Positions 10,422 to 22,504 are shown, numbered from the stretch's first letter. The stretch is DNA of 64,000 nucleotides from an uncultured Gemmatimonadaceae bacterium (GCA_963751275.1 CAVVTZ010000008.1:55621-119620); one strand, 5' to 3'. The notes: generated from the sequence alone by a model not told the origin. A program made the numbers and translations.

Positions 10422-10837
10422 GCCGGCGCCGGCGCTCCGCGGGCGGATTCGCGCTCAACGCGGACATTAATGTCGTGAGCCTCATCGATGTGATGATGCT
10501 CCTGATGGTGATCTTCATGATCACGGCGCCGATGATGCAAGGCGGCGTGGACGTGGCGCTCCCGCGCGCGGACGCGCGGCCGCTGCGCGCGGCGAGCGGG
10601 CTCGTGGTGACCGTGGCGCGCGATGGCTCGATCTTCGTGGACGAGGGGAAGTTCACGTACGATGAATTCAAGGCGACGTTCAAGGCGCTCGCCGGCAAGC
10701 GGGGTCGCGACGGGATCTACCTGCGCGCCGACGCGGGCGTGCCGTACGGCACCGTGGTGCAGGTACTCGCGGTGATGCGCACCGCCGGCGTGGGGGACAT
10801 TGGCCTCGTCGCCGAACCGGAGACCATCACGCCGTGA
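10418..10837 (+). CDS. tolR: TolR/ExbD protein
   Basis: INVVSLIDVMMLLMVIFMITAP, LRAD..VPYG.VV.V. Confidence 0.9.
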   Translation: MSRRRRSAGGFALNADINVVSLIDVMMLLMVIFMITAPMMQGGVDVALPRADARPLRAASGLVVTVARDGSIFVDEGKFTYDEFKATFKALAGKRGRDGIYLRADAGVPYGTVVQVLAVMRTAGVGDIGLVAEPETITP

Positions 10838-11553
10838 CCGGCCGCGCCGGCACCACGGGCCGCTCCCCGTCGATCGCCTGGGCGATCGCCGCGTCGTTCG
10901 TGCTGCACGCGCTCTTCGCGACGGCCATGCTCTCGGCGCACCCGGCGCCGCGGAGAGCGGTGCCGCCGTCCTACCGCGTGAATCTGGTGGCCGCGCCGCC
11001 GGGACCGGCCGCGGCCGGCGTGGTCGCACCCACGCCGGCGCCCGCGCCAGCTCCTGCTGCGCCGCCGAAGAAGATCGCGCCGCCGCCCAAGGCGATGCCG
11101 GCCCCTCACAAGGCGCCGCCGAAGAAGACGCCGGCCGCCGCCGCGACGCCGGTGCCGCCCGCGCCGCCGAACCCGGCGCCGCCGGCCGCCGCCGCCGGCG
11201 CCACCGGCGGCCATGGCACCGATGTCGCGAGCGTGCACACGGAAGGCGCGGACTTCCCCTATCCGCAGTACCTCGAGAACATTGTGCGCGTGATCGCCCA
11301 GCGCTTCAAGCCGCAGGGGAACACCGCGGCGCGCGCCGAAGTATCGTTCATCATTCGGCGTGACGGGTCGATCGTCCCCACGAGCATCCAGTTCGTCACG
11401 CGCTCCGGGAATTTCGCCTTCGACCTCGAGGCCGAGGGCGCGGTCGAGCAGGCGGCCTCGGTGAAGGCGTTCGGTCCGCTGCCCGCCGGTTTCGCCGACG
11501 ATGTCCTGCCGGTCGTCTTCAGCTTCGATCCCCGAGTCCTGCAATCACCATGA
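10834..11553 (+). CDS. TolA/TonB-like energy transducer
   Basis: N-terminal TM with S-x3-H, Pro/Ala-rich linker, TonB C-terminal-like domain (SGNFAFD). Confidence 0.8.
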   Translation: MTGRAGTTGRSPSIAWAIAASFVLHALFATAMLSAHPAPRRAVPPSYRVNLVAAPPGPAAAGVVAPTPAPAPAPAAPPKKIAPPPKAMPAPHKAPPKKTPAAAATPVPPAPPNPAPPAAAAGATGGHGTDVASVHTEGADFPYPQYLENIVRVIAQRFKPQGNTAARAEVSFIIRRDGSIVPTSIQFVTRSGNFAFDLEAEGAVEQAASVKAFGPLPAGFADDVLPVVFSFDPRVLQSP

Positions 11554-12884
11554 GCATCCGCTCCGCTCCGATGTCCGCCGCGCTCGCCGTGGCGCTCGGC
11601 CTGATGATCGCCGCCGGCGCCGCGCGCGCGCAGGATTCCACGCCTCGCGGCGTGCGGATCGGACTCGCCTACGAATCGGGCGCGAAGCCGGGGGTCGTCG
11701 TCGGCATCGTGCGCGGCCCGCTGGGCGACAGTGTGCGCGCGATCCTGCAGCGCGACCTGGACAACAGCGATCTCGTGGAGGTCATCGGTCTCGATGGCAC
11801 CCCGGCGGCCGCCACGGTCGTCGCCGTGGGACCCGGGATCAACTACACGATGTGGAAGGCGATCGGCGCCGCGGCGGCGCTCCAGATGTCGCTCGTGCCG
11901 GGCGCGCTGCACATCGCGGCGCATGATGTGGCGAAGAAGACCGTGCTGCAGACGCGCGACTTCCCGCTCGCCGGCGCGCCGGGCAGCGCGGAATGGCGCA
12001 TGTCGCTGCACGCCGCGAGCGACGACGTGGAGCGGTGGCTCACCGGGACGCGCGGGATCGCCGCCACGCGCATATTGTTCGTGCGCGGCGGGCGCGTGTT
12101 GGTCATCGACAGCGACGGCTGGGGAGCGCGCGCGCTCACGGCGGAGGGCGGGACTGTGCTCTCGCCGGCGTGGCATCCGTCGGCGAAATTGTTCGCGTAC
12201 AGCACGGTGTCGGGCGGCGGCTGGCGGATCATGCTGCGCGATTTCGGCGGCGGGCCGGCGCGCGCGCTCGGCACGACGCCGCAGGGACTGAACATGACGC
12301 CGGCGTTCTCGCCGGATGGCGCGTCGCTCGCGTATGCGCATGGAGAGGAGGAGGGCACCGATCTGTATATCGTTCCCGTGAGCGGGCTGGCGGCGACCGG
12401 CGACGCGCGGCGGATCACCGTCGGGCGCGGCACGGACAATCTGTCGCCGACGTTCAGTCCGGACGGGCGGCGGATCGCGTTCACGTCGGGGCGGATGGGG
12501 CATCCCGAGGTCTATCTCGCCGACGCGGACGGCGCGAATCCGGAATTGCTCACGCCCTTCGCGTTCGGCGAGGAGGCGTACCGGTCCAATCCGGACTGGT
12601 CGCCCGACGGCCGACAGGTGGCCTATCAGTCGCAACTCGGAGGGGTATTCCAGCTGATGGTGATCGGCCTGCGGGACCGGGCGGTGCGGCAGCTCACGAG
12701 CGAAGGACGCAACGAGGATCCTTCGTGGGCGCCCGACGGCCGGCACCTGGTGTTCAGTTCGACGCGCACGGGCGTGCGCGAGTTGTTCGTGCTCGACGTG
12801 GAATCGGGGCGCGCGCGGCAGTTGACGCACGCGCCGGGAGCCCGTCTCCCGGCGTGGTCGCCGATGCTCGCGCCGGCGCCGTGA
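11550..12884 (+). CDS. tolB: Tol-Pal beta-propeller protein
   Basis: Signal peptide, repeated P.W/FSPDG PD40 motifs. Confidence 0.9.
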   Translation: MSIRSAPMSAALAVALGLMIAAGAARAQDSTPRGVRIGLAYESGAKPGVVVGIVRGPLGDSVRAILQRDLDNSDLVEVIGLDGTPAAATVVAVGPGINYTMWKAIGAAAALQMSLVPGALHIAAHDVAKKTVLQTRDFPLAGAPGSAEWRMSLHAASDDVERWLTGTRGIAATRILFVRGGRVLVIDSDGWGARALTAEGGTVLSPAWHPSAKLFAYSTVSGGGWRIMLRDFGGGPARALGTTPQGLNMTPAFSPDGASLAYAHGEEEGTDLYIVPVSGLAATGDARRITVGRGTDNLSPTFSPDGRRIAFTSGRMGHPEVYLADADGANPELLTPFAFGEEAYRSNPDWSPDGRQVAYQSQLGGVFQLMVIGLRDRAVRQLTSEGRNEDPSWAPDGRHLVFSSTRTGVRELFVLDVESGRARQLTHAPGARLPAWSPMLAPAP

Positions 12885-12936
12885 TGGCTGTGCTCCGCGC
12901 TTCCCACCCTATCCCAACTTTCATCGGAGAACGAAC

Positions 12937-13551
12937 ATGCGTCGCTCCCTGGCTCTGATCGGTACGCTCGTCACCCTCGCCTCCGTCGCGGCCTGCTCCA
13001 AGAAGGCGCCCGAGACGGCGCCGGCCCCGCTCAGCGCGGATTCCATCGCGAAGCTGCACGCCGCCGATTCCGTGGCGAAGGCCGAGGCCGCGGCGAAGAT
13101 GGCGCAGGCCACGAAGGATTCCATCGCCAAGGCGCAGTCGGATTCGGCGATCGCGGCCGCGGCGGCCATCGCCGCGGCGAAGGCGGCGCTCAAGCAGGAC
13201 ATGACGAGCCAGATCTATTTCGAGTTCGACAAGTCGACGCTCACCGACACGGCGAAGGCGAAGCTCGACCGCAAGATCGCGATCCTCAACGCGAATCCGG
13301 GCGTGGGAGTGCAGATCGAAGGGCACACCGACGAGCGCGGCTCCACCGAGTACAATCTGGCGCTCGGCCAGCAGCGCGCCGCCGCGGTGAAGCGCTACCT
13401 CACGCAGCACGGCATCGCCGATTCACGGATCACGATCATCAGCTACGGCGAGGAGCGGCCGGCGGCGCAGGGACATGACGAGACGGCCTACGCGATGAAC
13501 CGCCGCGCCGAGTTCGTGATCACGGTCGGCGAAGTCGCGAAGGCGCCGTGA
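12937..13551 (+). CDS. pal: Peptidoglycan-associated lipoprotein
   Basis: Lipobox VAAC, IYFEFDKS, EGHTDERGSTEYNLALG..RA, SYGEERP, NRRAEF. Confidence 0.95.
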   Translation: MRRSLALIGTLVTLASVAACSKKAPETAPAPLSADSIAKLHAADSVAKAEAAAKMAQATKDSIAKAQSDSAIAAAAAIAAAKAALKQDMTSQIYFEFDKSTLTDTAKAKLDRKIAILNANPGVGVQIEGHTDERGSTEYNLALGQQRAAAVKRYLTQHGIADSRITIISYGEERPAAQGHDETAYAMNRRAEFVITVGEVAKAP

Positions 13552-14345
13552 CGCGCGCCCTGCGGTTCCTCGCGCCGGCCGCGTTGCTCGCGGCCGGCGC
13601 GTGCGTGGCGACATCCGCCGACGTGGACTCGCTCCGCTCGACGATCAACGACCTGCGAGTCACCCAGACGCGCTCCGACTCGGCGCGCGCCGCGCAGATC
13701 GCGATGGCCGGCCTGCAGATGGCGGTGCTCGACGACTCCGTGCGCGCGCTCAGCGCGCGGATCACGAAGATGAACGGCGACACGCGCGGCGATCTGTACG
13801 CGATCAACCAGCAGCTGATCCAGATCCAGGAGTTGACCGGGCAGAGCCAGCGCCGGTTGCAGGAGCTGCGCTCCTCGCTGGAGCAGCGGCAGGCGGACAT
13901 TCAGTCCGGCGCCGCGCCGGCGGCGGCCGGCGCCGCCGCGGGGGCGGCCGCGGCCGCGGCGCCCGCGGCGCCGGGACCGGCAGAGCTCTTCCAGCTCTCG
14001 CTCGACCAGCTCCGCCGCGGCAGCAACGCCACGGCGCGCAACGGGCTCACCATGCTCGTGACGCAGTACCCGAAGTCCGATCTCGTGCCGGAGGCGCAGT
14101 TCTACATCGCCGAGTCGTGGGCGGCGGAAGGGAACGCCGCGATGGCGGACAGCGCCTACGCGCTGGTGGTGGCGAAATACCCGCAGTCGGCGCGCGCGCC
14201 CACGGCGCTCTACAAGCGGGCGCTCGCGCTCGAGAAGGCCGGCAACAAGACCGCGGCGCGCGCGGCGTTCACGCAGCTCACCACCGCGTATCCGCGTTCC
14301 GATGAAGCGGCCCTGGCGCGTGAGCAGCTGCGCACCCTGAACTGA
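13548..14345 (+). CDS. cpoB: Tol-Pal system protein YbgF/CpoB
   Basis: Lipobox AGAC, coiled coil, C-terminal TPRs (YP.S..A); follows pal. Confidence 0.85.
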   Translation: MTRALRFLAPAALLAAGACVATSADVDSLRSTINDLRVTQTRSDSARAAQIAMAGLQMAVLDDSVRALSARITKMNGDTRGDLYAINQQLIQIQELTGQSQRRLQELRSSLEQRQADIQSGAAPAAAGAAAGAAAAAAPAAPGPAELFQLSLDQLRRGSNATARNGLTMLVTQYPKSDLVPEAQFYIAESWAAEGNAAMADSAYALVVAKYPQSARAPTALYKRALALEKAGNKTAARAAFTQLTTAYPRSDEAALAREQLRTLN

Positions 14346-14363
14346 CCTTCCGGCCGTCCGGCG

Positions 14364-15167
14364 ATGAGCGATCCCCGTGAGCGCCCGGAACCCGCCGGCG
14401 CCGAGATGCCCTTCCTCGACCATCTCGAGGAACTGCGCTGGCGCATCATCAAGTCGCTCGCGGCGCTCGTCGTCGGCGTGGGGGTCGCGTTCTTCGTGCT
14501 GATCCAGTTCGACGTGCTCATGTGGCTCGAGGGACCGATCCTCCCCTACCTGCATGGGCGCAAGCTCGTGTACACGCATCCCGGCGACCCGTTCTCGATC
14601 GTCCTGAACGCCGCGATGGTGATCGGCGTCGCGATCTCGCTGCCGGTGATCCTGCACCAGGTGTGGAGCTTCGTCGCGCCGGCGCTGTTCAAGCACGAGA
14701 AGCGCGTCGTGATCGGCGTGTTCTGCTTCGCCATCTTCCTCTTCCTCGGCGGCGCGGCGCTCGCGTGGTTCGAGGTGCTGCCGCTCGCGCTGCCGTGGCT
14801 CATGGACTTCGGCGGCAACGCGCTCGAGCCGATGATCACCGCCAGCGACTACTTCGGCTTCGCGACGAGCATGGCGCTCGCGTTCGGCATCGCCTTCGAG
14901 CTGCCGATCGTGATCCTCGCGCTCGCGGCGCTGGGCATCGTCACGCCGCAGATGCTGAACAAGTACCGCCGGCATGCGATCGTGGCGGTGGTGATCGTCG
15001 GCGCGTTCCTCACGCCGGGCGACCTGATCTGGACGACGATCGCGATGGCGGTGCCCCTCTATTTCCTCTATGAGGTGAGCGTGCTGCTCTCGTACATCGT
15101 GTACCGGCGGCGGCAGCGCCGCGCCGCCGAGCGCGAGGCGGAGCTCGGCGCGGAGCCCACCGGGTGA
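14364..15167 (+). CDS. tatC: Twin-arginine translocase subunit C
   Basis: MPFLDHLEELRWR, W.FVAPAL, FELP, LTPGD. Confidence 0.96.
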   Translation: MSDPRERPEPAGAEMPFLDHLEELRWRIIKSLAALVVGVGVAFFVLIQFDVLMWLEGPILPYLHGRKLVYTHPGDPFSIVLNAAMVIGVAISLPVILHQVWSFVAPALFKHEKRVVIGVFCFAIFLFLGGAALAWFEVLPLALPWLMDFGGNALEPMITASDYFGFATSMALAFGIAFELPIVILALAALGIVTPQMLNKYRRHAIVAVVIVGAFLTPGDLIWTTIAMAVPLYFLYEVSVLLSYIVYRRRQRRAAEREAELGAEPTG

Positions 15168-18118
15168 ACCGTCCCCGGCTCCTCGTGCTGCTGATGGTGG
15201 CGGCTGCGGGAGCCTTGCAGGCCCAGCAGCCGCCGCCGCTACCGCTGCCCGGCGCGCCCGGGATCGCGATCAATCCGTTCGATTCGGCGACGCGCGCCCG
15301 GCGCGACAATTACGTGCGCGACACCACGGCCGATTCGCTGCACCAGCCGAAGGTGCTGGTGCAGTGGGCCGAGCCCGACTCGGTGATGCAGGCCCTGATG
15401 GATCGAAAGGGCTACACCGTCACCCGCTATCAGGGGAACGAGGTGGTGCTCCAGGCGGCGCGGCGCGACCTGCAGCTCGACGGGCGCGGCGCGATCGAGC
15501 GCGGGGAGACCGTGCTCGTCGCCGACACGATCTTCTATTCGGATTCGATGAAGCTGATGCGCGCCACGGCGCCGCCCCTCGACACAATCGTCTTGCGCGA
15601 TCCGTCGCAAGGCACAGCGGACATGCTGGCGCACGGCTTCCTCGACTACGATCTCGCGACGCACCGCGGCCTCGCCGGGTCGCTGTACACGTCCACGCGC
15701 CAAGCCGGCAACGTGTGGTATGTGTATGGGCACCAGGCCGCCGTGGTGGGCGACACGACGGGGCAGGGGCACAATACCTCGTTCGCGATCGATGGATCGA
15801 TCACGAGCTGCGATCTCACCGAGCCGCATTACCACTTCCAGGCGTCCGAGATCAAGGTCGTCTCGAAGACGATCATGGTCGCGCGCCCGGCCGTGCTGTA
15901 CGTGTCGGACGTGCCGGTGCTCTGGCTGCCGTTCATCTTCCAGGACATGCGGCAGGGACGGCGCAGCGGCATCCTTACGCCGCGCTTCGGCATCGCCGAC
16001 ATCATTCGCACCACGCCGACGTACCGGCGGCAGATCGAGAACGTCGGCTACTATTTCGCGATCAACGACTACATGGACGCGCTCGTCGCGCTCGACTGGC
16101 GCAGCGGCGCCGACGCGCCGCTGAACGATCCGGGGTGGACGAAGATCGACGCGCAGTACCGCTTTCGCATCCTCGACCGCTTCATCACGAGCAACATCCG
16201 CACGACCTACACCTGGTACACGAACCAGTCGACCCGGCTCGATGCCTCGTTCCAGCTCGCGCAGCAGTTCAATCAGAACAGCACCGTCAACGCGAACCTG
16301 AACTACTCGAGCTCCACCACCCTCTACCGCTACGACGCGCTGACGGTGGCGCAGGCGCTCGCCGCGATCACGTCGCAGCTCGCGTACCAGGACCGCTTCG
16401 GCCCGTTCGCTCTCAGCATCGGCGGCAGCCGCCGCCAGTACGCGGGGCAGGACGAGGTGGACACCGACTTCCCGAACTTCAGCATCTCGTCGCAGCCGAT
16501 CACGATCCGGCCGGGGGTCATCTGGTCGCCGCAGATGACGGTGGCGAACACGATGAACCAGCACCTGCGCGGCAGCCTCTACAATTACAACCTGAGCGTC
16601 GCCGACAGCGTCGACAGTCTGCTCTCGAACGCCAACCAGCGCTACACGTCGTTCGACCTCAATACGCCCTTCCGCTTCGGCAATTTCGCGCTGCCGCTCG
16701 ACTTCAAGGTCACCGACGCCGAGAAGGACCTCGAGCAGAACTACCTGATCTACGATTTCAACACCGGCAAGGTGATCGGCCAGCGGACGTACGCGCGCAC
16801 CTTCCGCACCGACGCGAACTTCGAGACGGGATTCGCGCTTCCCGCCTTCTTCGGCAGCAGCTGGAACATCACTCCCTCCATCGCGTTCGTGAACGCCGAT
16901 CCCTCGGCCGGCTACTGGGTGCGCACCGAGCAGACCGGCGGCGCGTGGGTGGCGCAGTCGAAGACGGTGCAAGGGGGCCTTGGCGTCCAGCCGACCTTCT
17001 ACGGCTTCTACCCCGGGTTCGGCCCCTTCGCGCGCATCCGGCACTCCATCCAGCCGCGGTTCGCGTTCACGTTCTCGCCGGCCACGAACGTGAGCGACGC
17101 GTTCCTCAAGGCGCTCAACCAGACGCGATTCGGCTACCTGGGCGGCTTGACGCGGGAGGCGATCACGTTGCAGCTGCTCAACACCATCGAGGCGAAGCTC
17201 AAGCCGCGCGGCGGCGATACGACCGCGAAGACGAACGGCAGCGACAAGATCAAGCTGCTCAATTTCAATCTCTCGGCGCTGACGTACGACTTCGTGATCG
17301 CGCACAAGATCGGACGCGGCATCACCACGCCGACGCTCGACTGGAGCGCGCAGAGCGACCTCCTTCCGGGCTTCCAGGTGTCCGCCTCGTATTCGCTCTT
17401 CGCCGGCGACCCGATCAGCGACACCGCGACGTTCTCGCCCTACCAGACCAACTTCTCCGTCTCGTTCAGTATCGGCCGGAACAACAATCCGTTCGCGGCA
17501 TTCAGCCGCATCTTCGGCAACGCGACGCCGGCGGATTCCGGGATCGCCGCCACCGTGGGCTCGCTCGCCCCGAACGGGAGCGCCTTCGTGCAGCCGCCGA
17601 TCGCCGGCCCCGTCGCCGACCGCATCCCGTTGGGCGGGAGCACCAGGACCGGCTGGAGCCTTTCCATCATCCTCACCGAGACGAAGAGCCGGCCGGTGAG
17701 CGGCGCGAACGTGCGGAACTTCGATCCCAAGGTGTACTGCCAGCAGTTCATCAACGATCCGATCAGCTACAACACCTGTCTCAACACCGCCGTCGGACCC
17801 AGCGACACGCTCGTGACGACGACGGCCGGCGCACCGGTGATCATCACGCCGCCGCAGACCACCCTGCGCGCCGTCTCGCAGTTCGACCTGACGCCGCACT
17901 GGACGGTGAACTGGGCCACCGGCTATGACTTCGTGCAGCACCGGTTCTCGGACAACGTGATCAGCCTGAGCCGCCAGCTCCACGACTGGCACGCGGTCTT
18001 CGCGTTCACGCAGGCGCCGAACGGCAACTTCGCGTTCAACTTCTTCATTGCGCTGAACGCCGAGCCCGACCTGCGCTTCGACTACAACCGCCGCAACTAC
18101 CGGCCGATCACGCCGTAG
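15164..18118 (+). CDS. Putative LPS-assembly outer-membrane protein (LptD-like)
   Basis: Signal peptide, ITSCDLTEPHYHF, P.LWLPF, RRSGILTP, GYYFAINDYMD, beta-barrel-like C-terminus. Confidence 0.8.
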   Translation: MNRPRLLVLLMVAAAGALQAQQPPPLPLPGAPGIAINPFDSATRARRDNYVRDTTADSLHQPKVLVQWAEPDSVMQALMDRKGYTVTRYQGNEVVLQAARRDLQLDGRGAIERGETVLVADTIFYSDSMKLMRATAPPLDTIVLRDPSQGTADMLAHGFLDYDLATHRGLAGSLYTSTRQAGNVWYVYGHQAAVVGDTTGQGHNTSFAIDGSITSCDLTEPHYHFQASEIKVVSKTIMVARPAVLYVSDVPVLWLPFIFQDMRQGRRSGILTPRFGIADIIRTTPTYRRQIENVGYYFAINDYMDALVALDWRSGADAPLNDPGWTKIDAQYRFRILDRFITSNIRTTYTWYTNQSTRLDASFQLAQQFNQNSTVNANLNYSSSTTLYRYDALTVAQALAAITSQLAYQDRFGPFALSIGGSRRQYAGQDEVDTDFPNFSISSQPITIRPGVIWSPQMTVANTMNQHLRGSLYNYNLSVADSVDSLLSNANQRYTSFDLNTPFRFGNFALPLDFKVTDAEKDLEQNYLIYDFNTGKVIGQRTYARTFRTDANFETGFALPAFFGSSWNITPSIAFVNADPSAGYWVRTEQTGGAWVAQSKTVQGGLGVQPTFYGFYPGFGPFARIRHSIQPRFAFTFSPATNVSDAFLKALNQTRFGYLGGLTREAITLQLLNTIEAKLKPRGGDTTAKTNGSDKIKLLNFNLSALTYDFVIAHKIGRGITTPTLDWSAQSDLLPGFQVSASYSLFAGDPISDTATFSPYQTNFSVSFSIGRNNNPFAAFSRIFGNATPADSGIAATVGSLAPNGSAFVQPPIAGPVADRIPLGGSTRTGWSLSIILTETKSRPVSGANVRNFDPKVYCQQFINDPISYNTCLNTAVGPSDTLVTTTAGAPVIITPPQTTLRAVSQFDLTPHWTVNWATGYDFVQHRFSDNVISLSRQLHDWHAVFAFTQAPNGNFAFNFFIALNAEPDLRFDYNRRNYRPITP

Positions 18119-18253
18119 CCGGAGGGCGTGTCAGGAAGGTGTCGCGCCCTGTCCCCCGGCGGGGACGCATCCGACGGCGATCTGCCCCTTAAGTCGTTCC
18201 GGGAGCATTCCTCCGGCTGGTGCGTACTATGCATTAGATGCGCACGGGAGCCG

Positions 18254-18281
18254 TTGCCACACGTCAACGACCAAACGCGCC
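18254..18281. repeat. Solo right-arm core of the hairpin family upstream of lipoprotein gene
   Basis: TTGCCACACGTCAACGACCAAACGCGCC; 24/28 to reverse complement of left core at 19157-19184. Confidence 0.8.
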
Positions 18282-18296
18282 CCACGGGAGTTCACT

Positions 18297-19102
18297 ATGC
18301 GCCGCGCTCTTCTGTTCGCCGCCTCGTTCGTGCTCGCCGCCTGCTACCACAGCAGCAGCTACCCCACCGCGCCGCCGCCGCTCCCGCCGCCGGCGAATCT
18401 CTCGTACGAACTGGTCCCCAGTGGCGAGCCGGGCAATCCGGTGGGTGTCCTGTTGCGATGGGATCCGCCGGCCGTCTCGGGCACGGCGCAGTACAACGTC
18501 TACTCGAGCAGCACGGACGTGGGAGGCCTCGTGCTCCGCGCGACCACGACGTCGGCCTCGTTCTACGACCTCGGCGTGCCGGATGTGACGTACGCCGTGA
18601 CCGCGGTGGACGCCTACGGTACCGAGAGCGCGATCTCGAACACCGTGACCGTGGTGCTGACGTCGGTGCTGCCCGCGCCCACCGGGCTCAATTCGATCGC
18701 GCTGAACGGCGGCGCGCAGTTGTACTGGGACGCGAACGCGCGTCTCGCGGCGCCGTCGCAGTTCTCGTACTACCGGGTCTACAGCACGAGCTACGATCCC
18801 GCGCACAACCTGTGCGGCACGCAGTGGTTCCTCGAAGGCACCACGGTCTCGGAGGACTTCGTCTCCACCGGACTCCCGAACGGGACGCCGTTCTGCTTCG
18901 ACGTGAGCGCGATCACGGTGACCGGCCAGGAGAGCCAGTGGGCGATCCCCACCGCGGCGACGCCGAGCCCGGATGTGGCGACCGCGAACATCGTGCGGCC
19001 GAAGCCGTTGGCGGCCAGCTTCACGTCTTCGATCAGAAGGGGAAACGGACGGGAATCGTCACGACGACGGCGGCCGGAATGACGATCGACTGGACGCGCT
19101 GA
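18297..19102 (+). CDS. Lipoprotein with two fibronectin type III-like domains; probable frameshift near 19025
   Basis: Lipobox LAAC; P.NL...L.W...Y.VY...Y.VTAV..G.ES pattern twice; called ORF stops at 19082, alternative-frame tail ends at 19102. Confidence 0.7.
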
Positions 19103-19111
19103 CGAAGCACG

Positions 19112-19263
19112 AACGGCGCGTGTGACGCCGCTGACGGCGAGTGTGACGCCGCTGACGGCGCCTGTGATCGTTGACGTGTAGCAAGAGCAGTCGCCACAGG
19201 TCAATGACCAGACGCGCCCTCAGCGGCGTCATCCTCGCCGTCAGCGGTGTCATACTCGCCGTT
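19112..19263. repeat. Long imperfect hairpin element, copy B
   Basis: 73-nt arms 19112-19184 and 19191-19263, 6-nt loop, same geometry as copy A. Confidence 0.92.
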
Positions 19264-19297
19264 CGCGGTGATAGTGCAAAGGTTATAGCTTTGTGGT

Positions 19298-20823
19298 ATG
19301 TCGAACCCGATCCAGCTCGACGGCGACTCGCTGACGCTCGAGTCCGTCTTCCAAGTCGCCTCGGGCGCCGCCACCGTGTCCCTCGCTCCCGCGGCCCGCG
19401 CGCGGCTCGTCGAACGCCGCACGTTCGTGGACGCCATCGTGAAGCGCCACGACGCGGTGTACGGGATCACCACCGGATTCGGCAAGCTGACCGACGTCGC
19501 GATCCCGCCCGACCGGCTCGCCGATCTCCAGATCAATCTCGTGCGCAGCCACGCGGTGGGCGTCGGCCCGGCGCTCCCCGAGCGCGAGGTGCGCGCGATG
19601 ATGCTGCTGCGCGCCAACGTGATCGCGAAGGGATTCTCGGGCGCGCGCGCCGAGCTGGTCGAGCTGCTCTGCGGGATGCTCAACGCGGGGCTCTGGCCGC
19701 TGGTGCCGGAGCAGGGGAGTGTCGGCGCGAGCGGCGATCTCGCGCCGCTCGCGCATCTCGCGCTCTCGCTCATCGGCGAGGGCGCGCTCCGCCGCGGCGC
19801 GAAGAGCGGACCGGCGGCGGCGATGCTCGCCGAGGCGGGGCTCACGCCGATGGTCGCTCCGGCCCGAAGGAAGGGCGTCGCGCTGATCAACGGCACGCAG
19901 GCGCACACGGCCATCGCCGCGCTCGCGCTCGGCGAATCGCTGCGCCTCTGGCGCGTGGCGCACGTGGCCGGCGCCATGACGCTCGAAGGGCTGCTCGGCA
20001 CGCCGGTCGCGTTCGACGAGCGGATCCAGCAGGCCCGTGGCCAGGCCGGGCAGTCGGCGTCGGCCGCGCTGTTGCGCGCGCTGCTCGCCAACAGCGCGAT
20101 CCGCGAGTCGCACCGCGAGAATGATCCGCGCGTGCAGGACGCGTACGCCCTGCGCTGCATGCCGCAGGTGCACGGGCCCGTGCGCGACGCCCTCGCCTTC
20201 GCCGAGCAGGTGGTCGGCCGCGAGATCAACGCCGCCACCGACAATCCGCTCTTGTTCGACGACGGCACGATGCTGAGCGGCGGGAACTTCCACGGCCAGG
20301 CCGTGGCGATGGCGCTCGACTTCATGGCGATCGCGATGACCAACCTCGCGACGATCGCCGAACGGCGGATCGAGCGGCTCGTGAACCCGGACCTGAACGA
20401 AGGGCTCCCGCCCTTCCTCTCGCCCGAGGCGGGCGTGAATTCGGGCTTCATGATGGTGCAGGTGACCGCCGCGTCGATCGCGAGCGAGTGCAAGGTGCTC
20501 TCGCATCCCGCGAGCGTGGACACGATCCCCACCGACGGCAACAAGGAGGACGTGGTGCCGATGGCGATGGGCGCCGCGTGGAAGCTGCGGCGCGTGGTGG
20601 AGAACGTCGCGAACGTGCTGGCGATCGAGCTCATGTGCGCGGCGCAGGCGGTGGACTACCGCGCGCCGCTCAAGCCGGCGAAGCTCGTGGGCGACGCGCA
20701 CGCGATCATCCGGCGCGCCGTGCCGACGCTCGGCCAGGACCGCGTGTTCGCCGGCGACATCGCGGCGATCCGCGCGCAGATCGGGGCCGGCGAGTTCGAC
20801 CGCGTCACCGCCGGGATCGCATC

Positions 20824-20827
<4 letters not shown>
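19298..20827 (+). CDS. hutH: Histidine ammonia-lyase
   Basis: [20 protein letters not shown] (MIO Ala-Ser-Gly), [14 protein letters not shown]. Confidence 0.96.
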
Positions 20828-22493
<1,666 letters not shown>

Positions 22494-22504
22494 GAGGCTG
22501 ACCG

